A stretch of DNA of 64,000 nucleotides from Felis catus (GCF_018350175.1 NC_058376.1:70494001-70558000); one strand, 5' to 3'. Counted from the stretch's first letter, positions 25,782 through 38,814 are shown. Notes: generated by a model from the letters alone, not told the origin. Numbers and translations: made by a program.

Positions 25782-26425
25782 CCTCTTGCACTGTTGGTGG
25801 GAATGCAAATTGGTGCAGCCGCTCTGGAAAGCAGTGTGGAGGTTCCTCAGAAAATTAAAAATAGACCTACCCTATGACCCAGCAATAGCACTGCTAGGAA
25901 TTTACCCAAGGGATACAGGAGTACTGATGCATAGGGGCACTTGTACCCCAATGTTTATAGCAGCACTCTCAACAATAGCCAAATTGTGGAAAGAGCCTAA
26001 ATGTCCAGCAACTGATGAATGGATAAAGAAATTGTGGCTTATATACACAATGGAATACTACGTGGCAATGAGAAAGAATGAAATCTGGCCTTTTGTAGCA
26101 ACGTGGATGGAACTGGAGAGTGTGATGCTAAGTGAAATAAGCCATACAGAGAAAGACAGATACCATATGGTTTCACTCTTATGTGGATCTTGAGAAACTT
26201 AACAGAAACCCATGGAGGAGGGGAAGGGAAAAAAAAAAAAAAAAGAGGTTAGAGTGGGAGAGAGCCAAAGCATAAGAGACTGTTAAAAACTGAGAACAAA
26301 CTGAGGGTTGATGGGGGGTGGGAGGGAGGGGAGGGTGGGTGATGGGTATTGAGGAGGGCACCTTTTGGGATGAGCACTGGGTGTTGTATGGAAACCAATT
26401 TGACAATAAATTTCATATATTGAAA
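25782..26425 (+). mobile_element. Recent 5'-truncated felid L1 (ORF2 C-terminus and 3'UTR) inserted in an older L1M fragment
   Basis: Uninterrupted ORF2 C-terminus [14 protein letters not shown]...SLLCGS* (25786-26193). Perfect 16-bp TSD AAAAATGTTAACAATG (25766-25781 / 26426-26441) at a TTTT|AAAA site. Confidence 0.96.
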
Positions 26426-28598
26426 AAAAATGTTAACAATGTTATTTCTGGGTGATAGAAAACAGGTCATTTTTTATATTATTGCTTATACATATATATA
26501 TTTCTCAATTTTCTACAGTGATCATTTTGAAACTGGGGAAAACTAATTTTTAAAGGGCTTTTTGTTTTCAAATCACACATTAGGCACCTCTTCTTTCCTC
26601 CTGTTTCTCTTCTTCCCAAAATCTTATTAAAAGGGTAGGAAAGGGGGAAATGTATACATGCCTCTAAGAGGAGGATTGGGATGGGGCATCAGCCATAAGT
26701 AGACGAAAGGTTGCTACAGATGTCTGGAACACAGAGAATGGCAAAAATGACACAGAGTGAAAGGGAAGGAAAAGAAAGCCTTAGAAAACTTCTCTAGAGG
26801 ATCTGAATAAACCCGAGGAAAACCAGGGCTGTTAGTGTGGATGTTTACACCCAAAGGAAGCCCTCTTCAAGAACTAGCTGTTCTCACAAATCTATTGCTG
26901 TCAAGTTGCCTGTGAAGGAAGAGCCCCTTTAGGGAAACAGACCTACACACACTACAGCCAGGAATCCACGCCAGCAACCAAAGATTGCCAGGGGTGTGAT
27001 GAAAACCAGCAACAAATACACAAATACATGCATGATAAAAATAGAACAACCTGGGCTGGAATAAAAGTATAAATCAGGACACAGAAGAGAATTTTGAAGA
27101 AAATAGTAATGAGTAGCTCCAGACACACCCAAGAAGAATATTCTATCTATAAAGCAAGATGCAATGAAAAACAAAAATAGTGCAAGAACAAAAAAGAACT
27201 TTTGGAAATTACAGAAATGATCACTAAAATTAAAAATGCAGAAGATTTGGAAGATAAAGTAAGTATCCCAGAATTGAGAACAGAAAGATGAAGGGGTACA
27301 AAATTTGAGGAAAGAAGAGAAGAAATAGAGGAAATATCTTATAGCTACAACATCCAGCTAACAGAAGATGCAGAGAGAACAGAGAAAACACAAGAAATAA
27401 CCAGATAAATAAGTGAGAAGTAAATAATAGATAACCAGAAGTAAATGTCTCCAAACTGGAGAAGACACAAGTCTACAGGTTGAAATATCCCATAAAGTAG
27501 ACAACACAAAGATCAAAATATAAAAAGTCCATACCCAAATGCATCGTTGTGCAACTTCAGGAAAAACCCTAAATATTTCCAAAGGTAAAAACTGAACACT
27601 TATAAAGGAAAAAAATTAGACTTCTCTTTGGCAACAGTGAATGCTAGAAAACAATGGAGCACTGATTTTAAAATTCTGAGGAAAAAATATTTTGAAACGA
27701 GAATTTTAGCCAGATTACCAATTAAGTGAAAGCAAAGTTTAGTAGAGAAGAGCTCAAAAAACTGACCTCCCACATATCATTTCTGAGGAAGATACTAAAG
27801 CATGTACTCCAGCAAAATGAGGATGTAAACCATGAAGGAGGAAAACACAAGATTCTGTTTGACTCGGAAATGGAGTAGAGTCCCAGAATAACAGTTGTAC
27901 CACAGAGAAGCCAGAAGATATTGAGCAGAAGGATTGAGGCCCCAAGAGAGAGGCCTCTGAATAGGAACTGGATTCAACACAATGAACAAACTGGACTAAC
28001 AAACTGAATGATTTTAAGGACATGCTGACTGTATATTTTGGCAACAAGAGAAAAGAAAGCTTATTGAAACTCCAGGAAAAGGGAAGAACAAAGTCCATGT
28101 CTAAATAGGATTCAAGCTAACATGTCATGACATGATTTTACACAACTGATAAAATGTAAGAACAAAGTAAGTCATTTGGCCACGAAATTAGGAATATTCT
28201 CCCCTAAATGGCACAAGGACCTCATCAGAATCACAGCAAAGGAAATGGAATTCTAGCTGCTGCTTCACTCTTCAATGAACAACAGCTACATAGTCACAAT
28301 AGGATACATGTTTACTGTTTTCTGACGTCTAAAAATTGACCTATAGACAAGCACAGAGGACATAACTCTAGTTACAAAATGGAATATGAATATTATCTAC
28401 CTTGACAATATAAAAGTAAAGCTATGACTAACTGATATTAGGAACTAATTTTAAAAAGAGACAGAGAAGAAGTAGAACACAAAAAGCACTAATAATTTCA
28501 TCATAGTACTGTTGAAAAACAAAAATATAAGTCCCATGATCTTTCACTCAAGTCGGCTTAACTGTTACAAGCTTCAGTGCATTTAATAAAATACTTGA

Positions 28599-28776
28599 GG
28601 GACGCCTTCAGTGGGTTAAACATCTGACTTCAGCTCAGGTCACGATCTCATGGTTTGTGAGTTCGAGTCCCCCATCGGGCAAGCTTGAGCACCACATTAG
28701 GTGAGCTTGAGCCCTGCATTGGGTGAGCTTGTGCCCCACTTCAGGTGAGCCCCACTTCTCTCTCTCCCCCTCTCTA
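28599..28776 (+). mobile_element. Variant CanSINE with tandem 22-bp B-box units (3' end lies in gap)
   Basis: SINE head followed by four 22-nt units at 28659-28746. Confidence 0.85.
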
Positions 28777-29384
28777 NNNNNNNNNNNNNNNNNNNNNNNN
28801 NNNNNNNNNNNNNNNNNNNNNNNNNNNNNNNNNNNNNNNNNNNNNNNNNNNNNNNNNNNNNNNNNNNNNNNNNNNNNNNNNNNNNNNNNNNNNNNNNNNN
28901 NNNNNNNNNNNNNGCAATGAATCTAGCCTTTTGAGCTAGCCATTAAATTTGGTAGGTAAATAAGGAAAAGGCTAGTGAATATTTTTACACCAGTTGCAAC
29001 TAATTTTAAGCTAATTCTAAACTTATTCTGTATCTTGTTATCATAAAGGAGAATTTCTAGTGTTCGCTAAAAAGAACAAAGAAATTCCTAATACTGAGCA
29101 GTTTGCCTTTGAAGTTACAAAGATTGTTGACTTGTAAACTTAAGACCAAAATGTTTTTTTAATAGATTTGAGCCTCTGTGTGTCTGTGTGTCTGTGTGTA
29201 TATGAAACTGTGTCTGTTCACTTAAAGTTGTAGACTACAGTTTTCAGAGGATGTTGCCCATTCACCTGCTAATAGTCAACTTGTTATGGCTTCCCTGATA
29301 CTGCTCTAAAGCACAGATACATGGGCATTCACTTTCAAATGTCCTCTCTCTGAAACAGAGCTTTTCCTACTACTATTACTTTCT

Positions 29385-29415
29385 CTCTTTTTTATTTTTT
29401 TATGTTTATTTATTT

Positions 29416-29447
<32 letters not shown>

Positions 29448-29582
29448 CATGAGCGGGGGAGGAGCAGAGAGAGAGGGAGACACAGGATCCAAAGCAGGCT
29501 GTAGGCTTTCAGCTGTCAGCACAGAACCTGACGCGAGGCTCGAACCCACAAACTATGAGATCATGACCTGAGCCGAAGTTAG
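29385..29582 (-). mobile_element. 5'-truncated CanSINE
   Basis: Lacks the A-box head. 18-bp TSD CTACTACT(A/C)TTACTTTCT (29367-29384 / 29583-29600). Confidence 0.92.
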
Positions 29583-31404
29583 CTACTACTCTTACTTTCT
29601 AATCTTATACTCTAATAAATTTTTGCCTGCTGCTAAAAAAGAAAAAGAAAAGCACAAATACAAAAAGATTATACAGATTCCCTTACAATTAGGGATTCCC
29701 TTGAGATAAATGAAGTATTCCTTGTAAAAATATTTTACACATAAAAATAAATATGACTGTAATACATTAATCTTAAAACACAACACAGAATCTCAATTTC
29801 CCACACCAACAATAAAGAATGAAGGGATGTAGCCCAAAATTGATAAAATAACAGAGATTTAAGAATATTATTTAAAGTTAAAAAGTTAATTTAAGAAAAA
29901 AAGCAACGTTAACCATCAAAATTTAGGAAGTGAATGAAGGAGCATGTAAGTAAGCTAAACTCTATTTCTGAACACGGATTCAATAGATCATGTCTTTGAT
30001 TCATCAAGTTACAGATTCAAGCTTATTGTTTGGTAAATATGCAGCTAGCTCCCAAAGTGCTAAAAATAATTAAAAGCGGTTGCTCCCATGGGAGGGGTAT
30101 CTGGGGTGGTAACGGGTAGAGTGGGACACTATTGCTTTATATTATAAGCACTTCTGTAGGATTTTCCTTTTTGTCATGTGTAGGTCTTATTTGTATCAAA
30201 AAAGGATACCCACAACCTGCCTCACTCTGACCAGTGTTCCTGAGACCAGATCTGTCACGGAGGCTCTGTTCAAAGGCTACGGGCTCACAGCTCACTGCCA
30301 GAACTACCTGGTGTCAAGGGCCAAATATCCATGTTCACCTGACTCCCAGACCCCACTAACTTCATCCACTAATACCAGCCCTTCCTGGACCTCCTAAATT
30401 CTGACCTCTGCAAAGGTTCCCACCTGTCACCAGGTTCCCTGGTAACTCACCTGCCTGGCCACATTGCCTCCCAACATCTACAGTGGCCTCCTCATTCTAG
30501 CTCCTAGCCCCTAGCAATTTTATGCCCATTCATTCAGCATTGTAAGATTACATACCACTAATTATTCTGCCACTTTAGTACCTCCTACAATTTGTCACAT
30601 CATTTCGTGCACCTTCCATCAGATCATTTACAAAGACCCACAAGGACTCCACTGATATGTATGCTCTGTCTAGGAAAGTGATTGATTAAGCCTAATTGCT
30701 TCCTGCTTCCAACCAGGTTCTATATTCACAACAAAAGCCCTTTTCTTCACCCAGAATCCCTTACAGTCCATGACCCAACCTTTGATCACAGTTCTTGATA
30801 GCTGGCCTGGTGTGGGATGCCCTGGGATCCTGGTCAGTGGGAACAGAGAGGATAGACATGGACAAGGCCACCCTCAGGAACACAGACAGCCAGAAGCTGG
30901 CTTTTGAGACAAAACAGAGAAGCCAAAGGGTAGGTAGTCGGTAGGACAGACACAAAGCATCAACAACAGGGAAGTACTTGCTAGGCAGGTCATTCCTGCC
31001 AGCCTACTGTAGTGATCTATGCACACCTGTTAGACTGGCTTGCACACTGACACTGTCACTTCCAGAATTTCACCCTTGCGTGACTACACAATTCCCAAGC
31101 AGATGAGCACTAGTTCTTGTGAATTAGAAATTTCTCGCTTGCCAGCTGGATCTAGAAAAATTATTTTGATTTAGTAATTTTTTGCCCATGCTTGTCAAGT
31201 ATTGTAGAGATTCTCTAGTTTGGCTTTCTGTCTGCTTCTGCTACCATTTTAAGATATCACTGTTAATGTTAGAGCTGAATTTAGGGTGGGTGTAGAAGAA
31301 CAAATACTATTTCCAACAGCATTGGTGTCCAGATGTTTTACAGATATTAAAGGGAAAAAAAGCTTGGGAAAATCTTGATAAATAAGGTTAGAAAGTTTTT
31401 TACT

Positions 31405-31631
31405 GGGGTGCCTGGGTGGCGCAGTCGGTTAAGCGTCCGACTTCAGCCAGGTCACGATCTCGCGGTCCGTGAGTTCGAGCCCCGCGTCAGGCTCTGGGCT
31501 GATGGCTCAGAGCCTGGAGCCTGTTTCCGATTCTGTGTCTCCCTCTCTCTCTGCCCCTCCCCCGTTCATGCTCTGTCTCTCTCTGTCCCCAAAATAAATA
31601 AACGTTGAAAAAAAAATTAAAAAAAAAAAAA
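31405..31631 (+). mobile_element. Young CanSINE
   Basis: TSD AGAAAGTTTTTTACT; near-identical to the other young copies. Confidence 0.96.
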
Positions 31632-32717
31632 AAGAAAGTTTTTTACTGCTGGACTTACCAGTGCCTACAATATGCTAATTTTCATCATCCATCGCTAAGA
31701 AGAGAAATGTAACACAGCGTTTCCCAAAACTCACTTAACAATTCTACATTATTTTTTAAAGAAAAACTATTCATTACTAGTGTTCCATGGAAGACAGTTT
31801 GGGAAACACTTGTGTCCATTTTATAATTACTATTTAATCTTTATACTTTTCTTGGGAGGCTTCCTAAAACTGCTTAAAATGGCTACTTAGAATCAACAAT
31901 TCTTAAAGCTAAAGGTGTCCTATAGGTTATCTACTCCTACCTCTTATTTTACATATGAGGAAACTGAGGCCCAAAGAGGAGAAGTGATTTTGCCCAAGTT
32001 TCAGACTAACTGCAGTACTATCTTCAAGTTTCCTGATCTCAAGTCAGTGTTCTTTCCACTATGTAATACAGTTTCTTGATTTCTAACACCCATGCTTTTC
32101 TTGGATTTCCCTTTTATAACCAAGTAACTGTATGATTAATTTGGGGTTACCTCCCCCGCAAGAAGGCTGAATTTATCAGTTATGATCAGCACTACACATT
32201 GGTTTACCCACAGGTACTTTCATCACCAGTTCCAAATCACTAGTCTGTGCCTGGACCAGGGCATTTCCCCTCCTGGTAGGTCTTAAACTGCCAGTTCCAG
32301 GAAGCAGTTAATTGCTTTACCTGAAACCACATTTCTCCCTGCATCAGGATGACAAATGTAGTCTGTGCACGTGACTTTGGTAAACAGCTTCCTTCACATG
32401 GTTTCCTTCATATGCCTCCTGATTTGGTCTTGCACCCTAGTTCTACAGACTTTTAGCATGTTTATTGTCTCAGCTTTTGTATATATGTGAGCTGGTGTTG
32501 GCCATCATCTTACCAGCTTAGGTTTATGAGGCTAAACATCCAGAGCCATCCATAGTCTCCTGGGCATTGACATTATGCCTATAGCTGGGGTGGGTGTCAC
32601 CAGGTGAATATGGTGCTTGGGCTTAATGCCCCAGTTGAAATATCTGACCTAAAAACAGGCATGGATGGCTAGGGGAGGAACTCATCCCCTCTACATCTCA
32701 AAAATAAGCTGTGGTTA

Positions 32718-32936
32718 GGGGCGCCTGGGTGGCTCAGTCGGTTAAGCATCCGACTTCAGCCAGGTCACGATCTCGCGCTCCGTGAGTTCGAGCCCCGTGT
32801 CGGGCTCTGGGCTGATGGCTCGGAGCCTGGAGCCTGCTTCCGATTCTGTGTCTCCCTCTCTCTCTGCCCCTCCCCCGTTCATGCTCTGTCTCTCTCTGTC
32901 CCAAAAATAAATAAACGTTAAAAAAAAATTAAAAAA
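32718..32936 (+). mobile_element. Young CanSINE
   Basis: TSD AAAAATAAGCTGTGGTTA. Confidence 0.96.
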
Positions 32937-33439
32937 AAAATAAGCTGTGGTTAAAAGAACCAGTACATCAAGTAACCACTTGCTTACAACATTTGCAAGA
33001 CAATGGCCATGTCCTTTTGGAGGGTGGGGGGAGTCAACCACAGCACACACACTTCATTTGTTGCCTGCCATCACAATCCCACTCCCCACCCTACTTTCTT
33101 ATTTGTTACTGAAAATGAGAATTCGTAAGGGGGAAAAAAGTCTAATAGTTTTTCTAGGCTTTTCTGGTTTCTGTTAGTTGTTCATTAAAGAACGACTCTT
33201 TCTCAAGGAGGTTCCAAGCTTCCTCCTGGGTGCTTTTCAATCCAAATCTGTGTTCTTAGAAACCTTTAATTTTCTCCTTCAGCTTTAGCTTAATTGTATC
33301 TCTGGTGCCTATTTTCTTTCTTCTTTTAAGTTCATGAGCTTATTTTTCTCTATCATTAAGGCAGAAGATCCATGCACTAAAGTTCCCATGTCTTCTCTGC
33401 TGCCTTTTGTGCTGAAGGAAGCAGTCTGTTACTGTTTGG

Positions 33440-33580
33440 AGGCAGTGTGGCTCTGAGCCTCAGTTTCCTCGTCTACAAATGGGGATATGATTATTTATCT
33501 GACAGAACTGTTGTTAAAGTTAGAATGAGCATTTATAAGGCACTCAGCACAGTGCCTGGCACCTAGGAGGTGCTAAAGAA
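33440..33580 (+). mobile_element. MIR
   Basis: CTCTGAGCCTCAGTTTCCTCGTCTACAAATGGGGAT..AGCACAGTGCCTGGCAC. Confidence 0.8.
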
Positions 33581-35702
33581 ATGTCCACTCAGGAGAGACG
33601 GGCTCCGTCCCTCACTCAGAGATCCTTGGGTTCCTAAGGACCCTGGTGGTCTCTCCTTACCTTCCGCCTGAACTCCAAACCCACTCCTTCTCCAAACCTA
33701 TTGGTTGGTTTTTCAGCTGTTCCCGAAGGAACCTTTCATCCCCTCTTGGCTCCATTCTCTGAGGCAGAACCTGCCAGGCCCCACCCTCTCGGTGCCTTAG
33801 AGTTTCTGCTGAGACAGTGTCAAATAATGGAATGTTTAAATCCCAGGATTCAATTCAATTCAATTAAATGCCAGATTTGTTGGCTTCTGGGTCGGGGGCA
33901 GCTCCAGACAAGCGTGCATTCTCTCTTCCAGCATCCTCTCCAAAGTAGGTGGGAAGCAATGGGGTTCAGCACCTTGGGGAAATAACCTCTCTTTGTTATT
34001 GTTTCCCTCATCCATAAAATGGAATAATAACAGAACCCATGGAAGGGTCCAGGTTCTATGGAGTCTGACACTTTAAAAACAACACAGACTTATGAATATG
34101 AAATTAAGAACAGGGCGTAAGCAGGAGCTTACTCAAGTGAGGGACCCTGAAGTCTAGGGTTCATTACCTTCAGGGTAAATCTGTGCTTAATCGAAGCAGT
34201 GGGGCTGTGGTGGGGTTTAAGTGAAAGACTATATGTAAAGTGCTCAGCATAGCTCCACACGTAGTAGCCTATTATAATGCTAATGATTATTACAGATATT
34301 TATAACAAGTTTGATAAAATTATATGTTAATTCCATAAATAAAATTATAAAAAGAAACATGACAATAATTATAAAGCTTCCTTCTTTTCTCTTGTTCCTA
34401 TCCTACTCATCAGAATGCAGTGGAGTGAGCCCCACTCCAGCTTGTCCTTACTTGAGGCTCTCTCTTCCTTCAACCTGTGGACCCCATTCTCTGGGAGTTT
34501 CCATTTCCTAGTTCCTCCATGTACTGTGGTCCCNNNNNNNNNNNNNNNNNNNNNNNNNNNNNNNNNNNNNNNNNNNNNNNNNNNNNNNNNNNNNNNNNNN
34601 NNNNNNNNNNNNNNNNNNNNNNNNNNNNNNNNNNNNNNNNNNNNNNNNNNNNNNNNNNNNNNNNNGAGAAAAAGCATTCTGTGGGGTGGGTATTTGTTTC
34701 TCAGGGCAAGTTTTGTTGTGTAGCTTGGAGAAGGAAAGTGCTTTAAGAAACAAAGCAAATGCAGAATCTACTCCAAGGTCCCAGCCCCACCCTGCAGCCA
34801 GTACTGCAGGGTGTGGTGGACTTTGGGGAGGAGGACAGAAGGACAAAGGGACATGCTTCATAAATCCAGAGAAGCCACTGAAACCTAGACCTCAGCTGCT
34901 CCCCTCAGGAAGTGTCCTGCCCTTGAGATAAAATATCTGAAGTAATTTAAATCATATGTCTGACTGGAGATGGGGACACAAGGTGGGGGGACTTTTGTTT
35001 GTTCTTCCAAACTCCTCTCTCCTCTCCACAGCCTGGAGGTTCTCTTGTTCCAGAAGAGGATGGCGTTGGAGGGAGCCCCAGCCATGACTCACTCAGAGCT
35101 AATCCTTGGCAAATCCGTCACCATGGAAACTGCCAATCATCCATGCTTTTCATAGCTTAACAGAACATCTGCCAGGGGAAAGCCAAGTGATACAAATTGT
35201 TCGTCCTGCCTACCGTGTTTACACTGGGGCCCCTGGAAAACAGTGAGAGAGCCAGAGAGGCAATGTTCCATAGCAGGATGGTGGCCCAACTCTGGTTACT
35301 AATTAGCCGGGTGACCTTTAGCAATCCTTCATAAGCCCCTCTGTGCTCCTCCTTCCCCAGCTGGTCACATAAAAGATCAGTCCTTCTCAACCTGGTTGGG
35401 CCAAGGGGCGGTGGGAGAGACGGGGAAGCCCATCTCTGGAGAAGCGTGAGGTAGAACAAAAGGCCTGTGTAGATAGTTTCTTCAATATTATAATTTTATA
35501 TTTGGACTTTTACAAAACAATATTTTCATAATTTAAGCTGCAGAATATAAAGCTTTACTAATATTCTTAGGTAGCAATCTTTCTCAAAGGAAGGACAAAT
35601 ATACCCCTCTCTGGTCCAGCGAGGCATATCAGAATTTCTAGTGTAGGTGAGGGTTTCAGTATCATTATCAAAAGTGAATATGGATTAAAAAGAAAAAGTT
35701 GA

Positions 35703-35904
35703 GGGGCACCTGGGTGGTTCAGTTGGTTAAGCATCTGACTCTTGATTTCAGCTCAGGTCATGATCTCATGGTTTGTGAGACTGAGCCCTGCGTCCAGCTC
35801 CTCACCGTCAGTGCAGAGCCTGTTTGGGACTCTCTCTCTTTCTCTCTCTCTCTGCCCCTCCCCTACTCACGTTCACACATGCTCTCTTTCTCTCTCTCAA
35901 AAGG
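35703..35904 (+). mobile_element. CanSINE (runs into gap)
   Basis: SINE head and (CT)n. Confidence 0.9.
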
Positions 35905-36754
35905 NNNNNNNNNNNNNNNNNNNNNNNNNNNNNNNNNNNNNNNNNNNNNNNNNNNNNNNNNNNNNNNNNNNNNNNNNNNNNNNNNNNNNNNNNNNNNNNN
36001 NNNNNNNNNNNNNNNNNNNNNNNNNNNNNNNNNNNNNNNNNNNNNNNNNNNNNNNNNNNNNNNNNNNNNNNNACTAGCAGATCTCAAATGTTAGTCCCGC
36101 TCAGACTCTGGGCCACTGTGTGGCTCTTCAAACCTCAGGCTGCTGCTAATTCCTTGCTGGAGGGAGAAGTACTGAAGAGGGGGACACCACTCCCTGCCCC
36201 CCGTCAGACCAGGCATCCCCTCTCTTCTCAGACACAGGGCCTAGAGAGGCAAAGGAGGGGAAGTGTGGAGCAGCGTGGAGGGGGCCCAGCAGGGTCACAC
36301 TATTGACACAAGCTCTTGTGGGTGCCTGAGGACGCCCCCTGGAGTGCGGCCAGCCAAAGAGGTCCACAGCCCTGCCTCAGGTGTAACTGTGGCCCTGACA
36401 CCCAGGCAGGGGTCCAAGGAAACGCTCAGGTGGGAAGTCTCTTGAAGGTGTGCTCTGCCTGTGTGGGGGAGGGAGGGCAAGTCAATATTTTCAAATGTCA
36501 ACTTAAAAAAAAAATTTCCTCTATTCATTTTCCCCCTTGCATTTTCTGCCCATTCAAGAGGAAGTTGACATATATTTCATTGCCTTGAGGGAGATACGTG
36601 CCAGAAGGAAGCAGAATTTGCCTGCAACCTGTTTTGGGTTCTGTTTCTCAAAAGCCTGAGCCCTTAGGAGATTTTAGAGAAAAGGAACCGCAAAATAGGT
36701 GGGGGAAAGCATGGCAGGGGCGGGGGCGGGCAGTGGGGGGGGGGGGCGTAGACA

Positions 36755-36923
36755 TAGTTTGGTACATAGTTTGCTGGGTCCAGTGTAAATAAAAATATAA
36801 GATCCCTTGTTCAAAAAGTATTAAGAGTTTTAGCAAAAGTAAATCATTACACCGAGCAGGGGGCCTTTCTGAGCGTGGGACCCAGTGTGAATGCATAGGT
36901 TCATGCCCATAAAGCTGGCCCTG
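36755..36923 (-). mobile_element. MER45A-like hAT-Tip100 MITE
   Basis: Reverse complement begins CAGGGCCAGCTTTATGGGCATGAACCTATGCA, colinear with recalled MER45A. Confidence 0.75.
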
Positions 36924-37479
36924 CACAAAAGTGTCTGCCATATTATTACAGAAGATTACCCCTGGAGCTGAAGGCAAGGAGATAAAGGCTCATAAGATCT
37001 GGAGCCGTGTGGATGTGCAACCCACTCCTGGTCAGCACAGCAGGAGCCCCGTAAGACCCCTGGAAGGAGGGCCTGGAAAGTACATAGACTCTAAAGCATA
37101 GGGCTCCCTATGTACTTGAGCATGTACTTGAACAGATGTGCAGACAGGACATCTGGCTGTGTGTACAATGATGAAAAGCCAGACATGCCTTGGGACTTGG
37201 TAAGACCCTAAGACCCTGGAACAAGATGGCAGGGCAATGTAGAGGCATTGATGAATGACTGACATCCATTTTTAATCATCCTGGCAGAATGAAGACTGAG
37301 TCAGAGACTGACTCTTTTCATTTCATAAAAATGAAAGAGATGCATTACTTCTGGCACATCTGGATTTGTGGACCAAGATTCTACCTGCCATTCCTGAGGC
37401 CTAGCTCCAAGCTCACTTCTGTGGTCAGCCTGGGGGGTGGGGGTCAGGGCGGTGGGTCAGGTAGGAGACTGCTGTGGTG

Positions 37480-38220
37480 ATCTATTGAGAGATGAGGCTT
37501 GGACCAGAGTGGTCCGGTGGTAGAGGTGGAAAGAAGTAGGAAGTAAAGGAGAAGTTCCTTTAGGAGGACTTGGAGGGTACTGGTGAGAAAGAGGACGTTA
37601 TCATGAATAACTCCCCATTACTGGCGTGAGCAATTGTTTGGATGGAGATGCCATTTCCTGAGATCAAGAGTAAAGGAGAAGAACCAGTTGGGGGATGGGT
37701 GGGATGGGCTTGGTTCTGAACATGTTGGGTCTGAGATAGCCAGTGGATGATGCCAGGTAAGCAACTAAGTATATGATATGAAGCTTAGAGAAATCTGGGC
37801 TAGAGGTACAAGTCTGGGAGTCATCAGTCTTGTGAGTGGTCATTGAACAGTAGGCATGGATGAGATTCTAAGGAAAACAGTAGAGAAAGAAGAGAAAAAC
37901 CCCAAAATTTAATGGGCAGGCAGAAGAGGATGTACCCAAATAGGCAAGTCAGAGAGGCAGGGGGCAGACCAGGAGGTGCTACATCAGAGAAGGCAAGAGA
38001 AAAGGAGGAAGTGGAGGTTGCCAGTCAAATGCACTGAGAAACTAGAGATGATAGTTGAACTGAATAGCATGGCAGCCACTGAAGACTCTGGAAAGGCCAT
38101 TTCAGTAGAGAGGCAGGCTCGGAATTCCAAAAGAAGAGCATGGACAAAGGCAACAGGAGGCAGGAAATGGAGACAGGAGCACAAAGCCCCAGTGCTTGAT
38201 TGTGAAAAGCAGAGAAAACA
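37480..38220 (-). mobile_element. L2 relic
   Basis: GGATGGAGATGCCATTTCCTGAGAT..TCTGGGCTAGAGGTACAAGTCTGGGAGTCATCAG. Confidence 0.75.
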
Positions 38221-38602
38221 TGCATTGCTGGAGGCCAGAGTGGGATTCAGGAAAGCTGATTAAAGGCGATTAACATTGTTCATTTTTTTCATTTGCACAG
38301 CTTTACTGAGGTGTAACTAATATACGATAAGCTGCACACGTTTAAAGTGTCATAATCTGGAAAGTTGTGACATAGGGATACACCTGTGAACCTATCACCA
38401 CAGTCCAGAATAGTGTTTCATACCCCCAAATTTCCTTGTCCCTCCCTCCTGCTCCCCACACCCCTATTCCCCATCCACTGATCTTCCTTCTGTTACTATA
38501 GTCTGCATTTTCTAGAATTTTATATAAATGGAGTTTTGTATAATTTTATCTTTTAAAAAAAGTACTTGTTTTTGTCTGACTTCTTTCTTGCAGCACCATT
38601 AA

Positions 38603-38619
38603 TTTTTTTAATGTTTATT

Positions 38620-38672
<53 letters not shown>

Positions 38673-38814
38673 AAGCAGGGGAGGGGCTCACAAGCAGGCT
38701 CCAGGCTCTGAGCTGTCAGCACACAACCCAATGCAGGGCTCGAACTCACGAACCGTAAGATCAGGACCTGACCTGAAGTGGGACGCTTAACCAACTGAGC
38801 CACCCAGGTGCCCC
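38603..38814 (-). mobile_element. CanSINE with expanded (GA)n
   Basis: Reverse SINE with a (GA)~23 tract at 38623-38669. Confidence 0.92.

Larger units (their letters stand above)
26590..30170 (+). mobile_element. HAL1 relic (degenerate ORF1) interrupted at ~28.5-29.8 kb
   Basis: ORF1-like A-rich sequence and ACCTCCCACATATCATTTCTGAGGAAGATACTAAAGCATGTACTCCAGCAAAATGAGG recalled from HAL1. No ORF2. Confidence 0.65.

Noticed and set aside
25786-26193. 135-aa ORF as a host gene
   Set aside because: It is an L1 ORF2 C-terminal fragment in a 5'-truncated copy with no real start codon.
28659-28758. CRISPR-like array
   Set aside because: Mammalian DNA; the units are contiguous degenerate SINE-internal repeats without spacers.
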